DNA of 64,000 nucleotides from Eledone cirrhosa (Eukaryota): NCBI GenBank assembly GCA_964016885.1, contig OZ024743.1, positions 87,358,001 to 87,422,000 of the forward strand, read 5' to 3'. Shown piece by piece: positions 63,228 to 64,000 of this stretch (position 1 is its first letter; each line of letters starts with the position of its first letter). The notes under the pieces were generated by a model. It saw only the letters and a program-made list of their open reading frames with translations, ran no database searches and was not told where the DNA came from. The position numbers and the translations under genes were made by a program.

Positions 63228-63801
63228 GGGGGGGGGGGTATTTATATATCTATAAAAAAGAGACACCACAAAGCCACAAAAACACCAATCACCAACACAA
63301 ACACACAACCAGCAACACAAACAACAACACAAACACCACCACAATAACCCCCCCCCTACCAGCAAAACAAATACCAACACCACTCCAAACAAAAATGTCC
63401 ATCATAAAAAGAAAACTACAAAATGAACAACTAACCAAAACAACGCAACAAAAAAACAAACAATACACATACATTAACACAAACGACAAAAACCTGATGG
63501 AGGTCATCTCTCAAGACTCCAAAGTAGAAACTGAGGGAAAAATCTTTGTCAAGTCAGACTCAGCACCACACCTCAAACTCATAAGGGTTTCGATGGAAAC
63601 CTACCAGTAACTAAAGGAACAATTTTCGCAGGACGTCGGAAACCCCTGCCAAAAACCCATAAACTGCGTCCTATTGAAACGTTTCCCCACCCCACCCAAC
63701 ACCCCCAACAACATCCAAATGGAGATTTAACAACCCAATCTCCAGGAAACGAAAAGGTAAGTGCATCTTTTCGTCCTTTTCGCCAACTCTTCTCCGCCAA
63801 C

Positions 63802-64000
63802 ATGGCTGACTTACGAGTTGGGAGTGTGAATGTGCGCGGCCTAGGGATGCCCTGGAAACAGGGCCAACTTTTAAACGACCTTAGGTCACACGGTATGGAT
63901 GTGATAGCCATCACCGAGTCCAGGATCCACAACAAGCAGCAACTAACCCCCATCTTTAATGACTTTGAGATCTACGCATCTCTCTGTCAGCCAGGAGGTG
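63802..64000 (+). mobile_element. Start of an L1/Tx1-clade ORF2 (APE endonuclease), running off the window
   Basis: MADLRVGSVNVRGLG...LLNDLRSHGMDVIAITESR; A/C-rich ORF1-like remnant upstream (~63260-63800). Confidence 0.82.

Noticed and set aside
63579-63953. 124-aa minus-strand ORF
   Set aside because: Antisense shadow of the L1/Tx1 endonuclease start on the + strand.

Overview
AT-rich, microsatellite-laden animal genomic DNA, not prokaryotic. The tRNA-headed SINE family with the core GCCTTTCATCCTT..GGGGTCGATAAAATAAAGTACCAG and the RTE 3' ends with (GAT)n tails point to an octopod cephalopod; this is recognised from memory, not from a search. Only two host-type genes are supportable: an intact five-finger matrin/JAZ-type zinc-finger gene (12363-13232, +) and a frameshifted aerolysin/ETX-MTX2 (LIN-24-like) beta-pore-forming-protein gene (about 26613-27411, -). 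The rest is mobile DNA: RTE, R4/Dong, CRE, CR1 and Tx1/L1 non-LTR elements, Penelope-like fragments, mariner, hATm, MITEs, non-autonomous Helitrons, SINEs and two minisatellites. Two multi-part systems stand out. (1) A microsatellite-based retroelement cascade: a full-length RTE LINE (36372-40388), five independently inserted copies of its internally deleted bipartite derivative (48.7-57.2 kb) that both land in and lay down (TATG)n/TA tracts, and two different R4/Dong elements abutting (CATA)n in a fixed orientation. (2) About ten type-I hammerhead ribozyme motifs, intact or decayed, several with recurrent non-canonical cores, including a 617-bp partially tandem retrozyme-like element (59402-60253). 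Most ORFs in the supplied track are translations of microsatellites and are not genes. Coordinates of decayed elements are approximate; all alignments and folds were done by eye.
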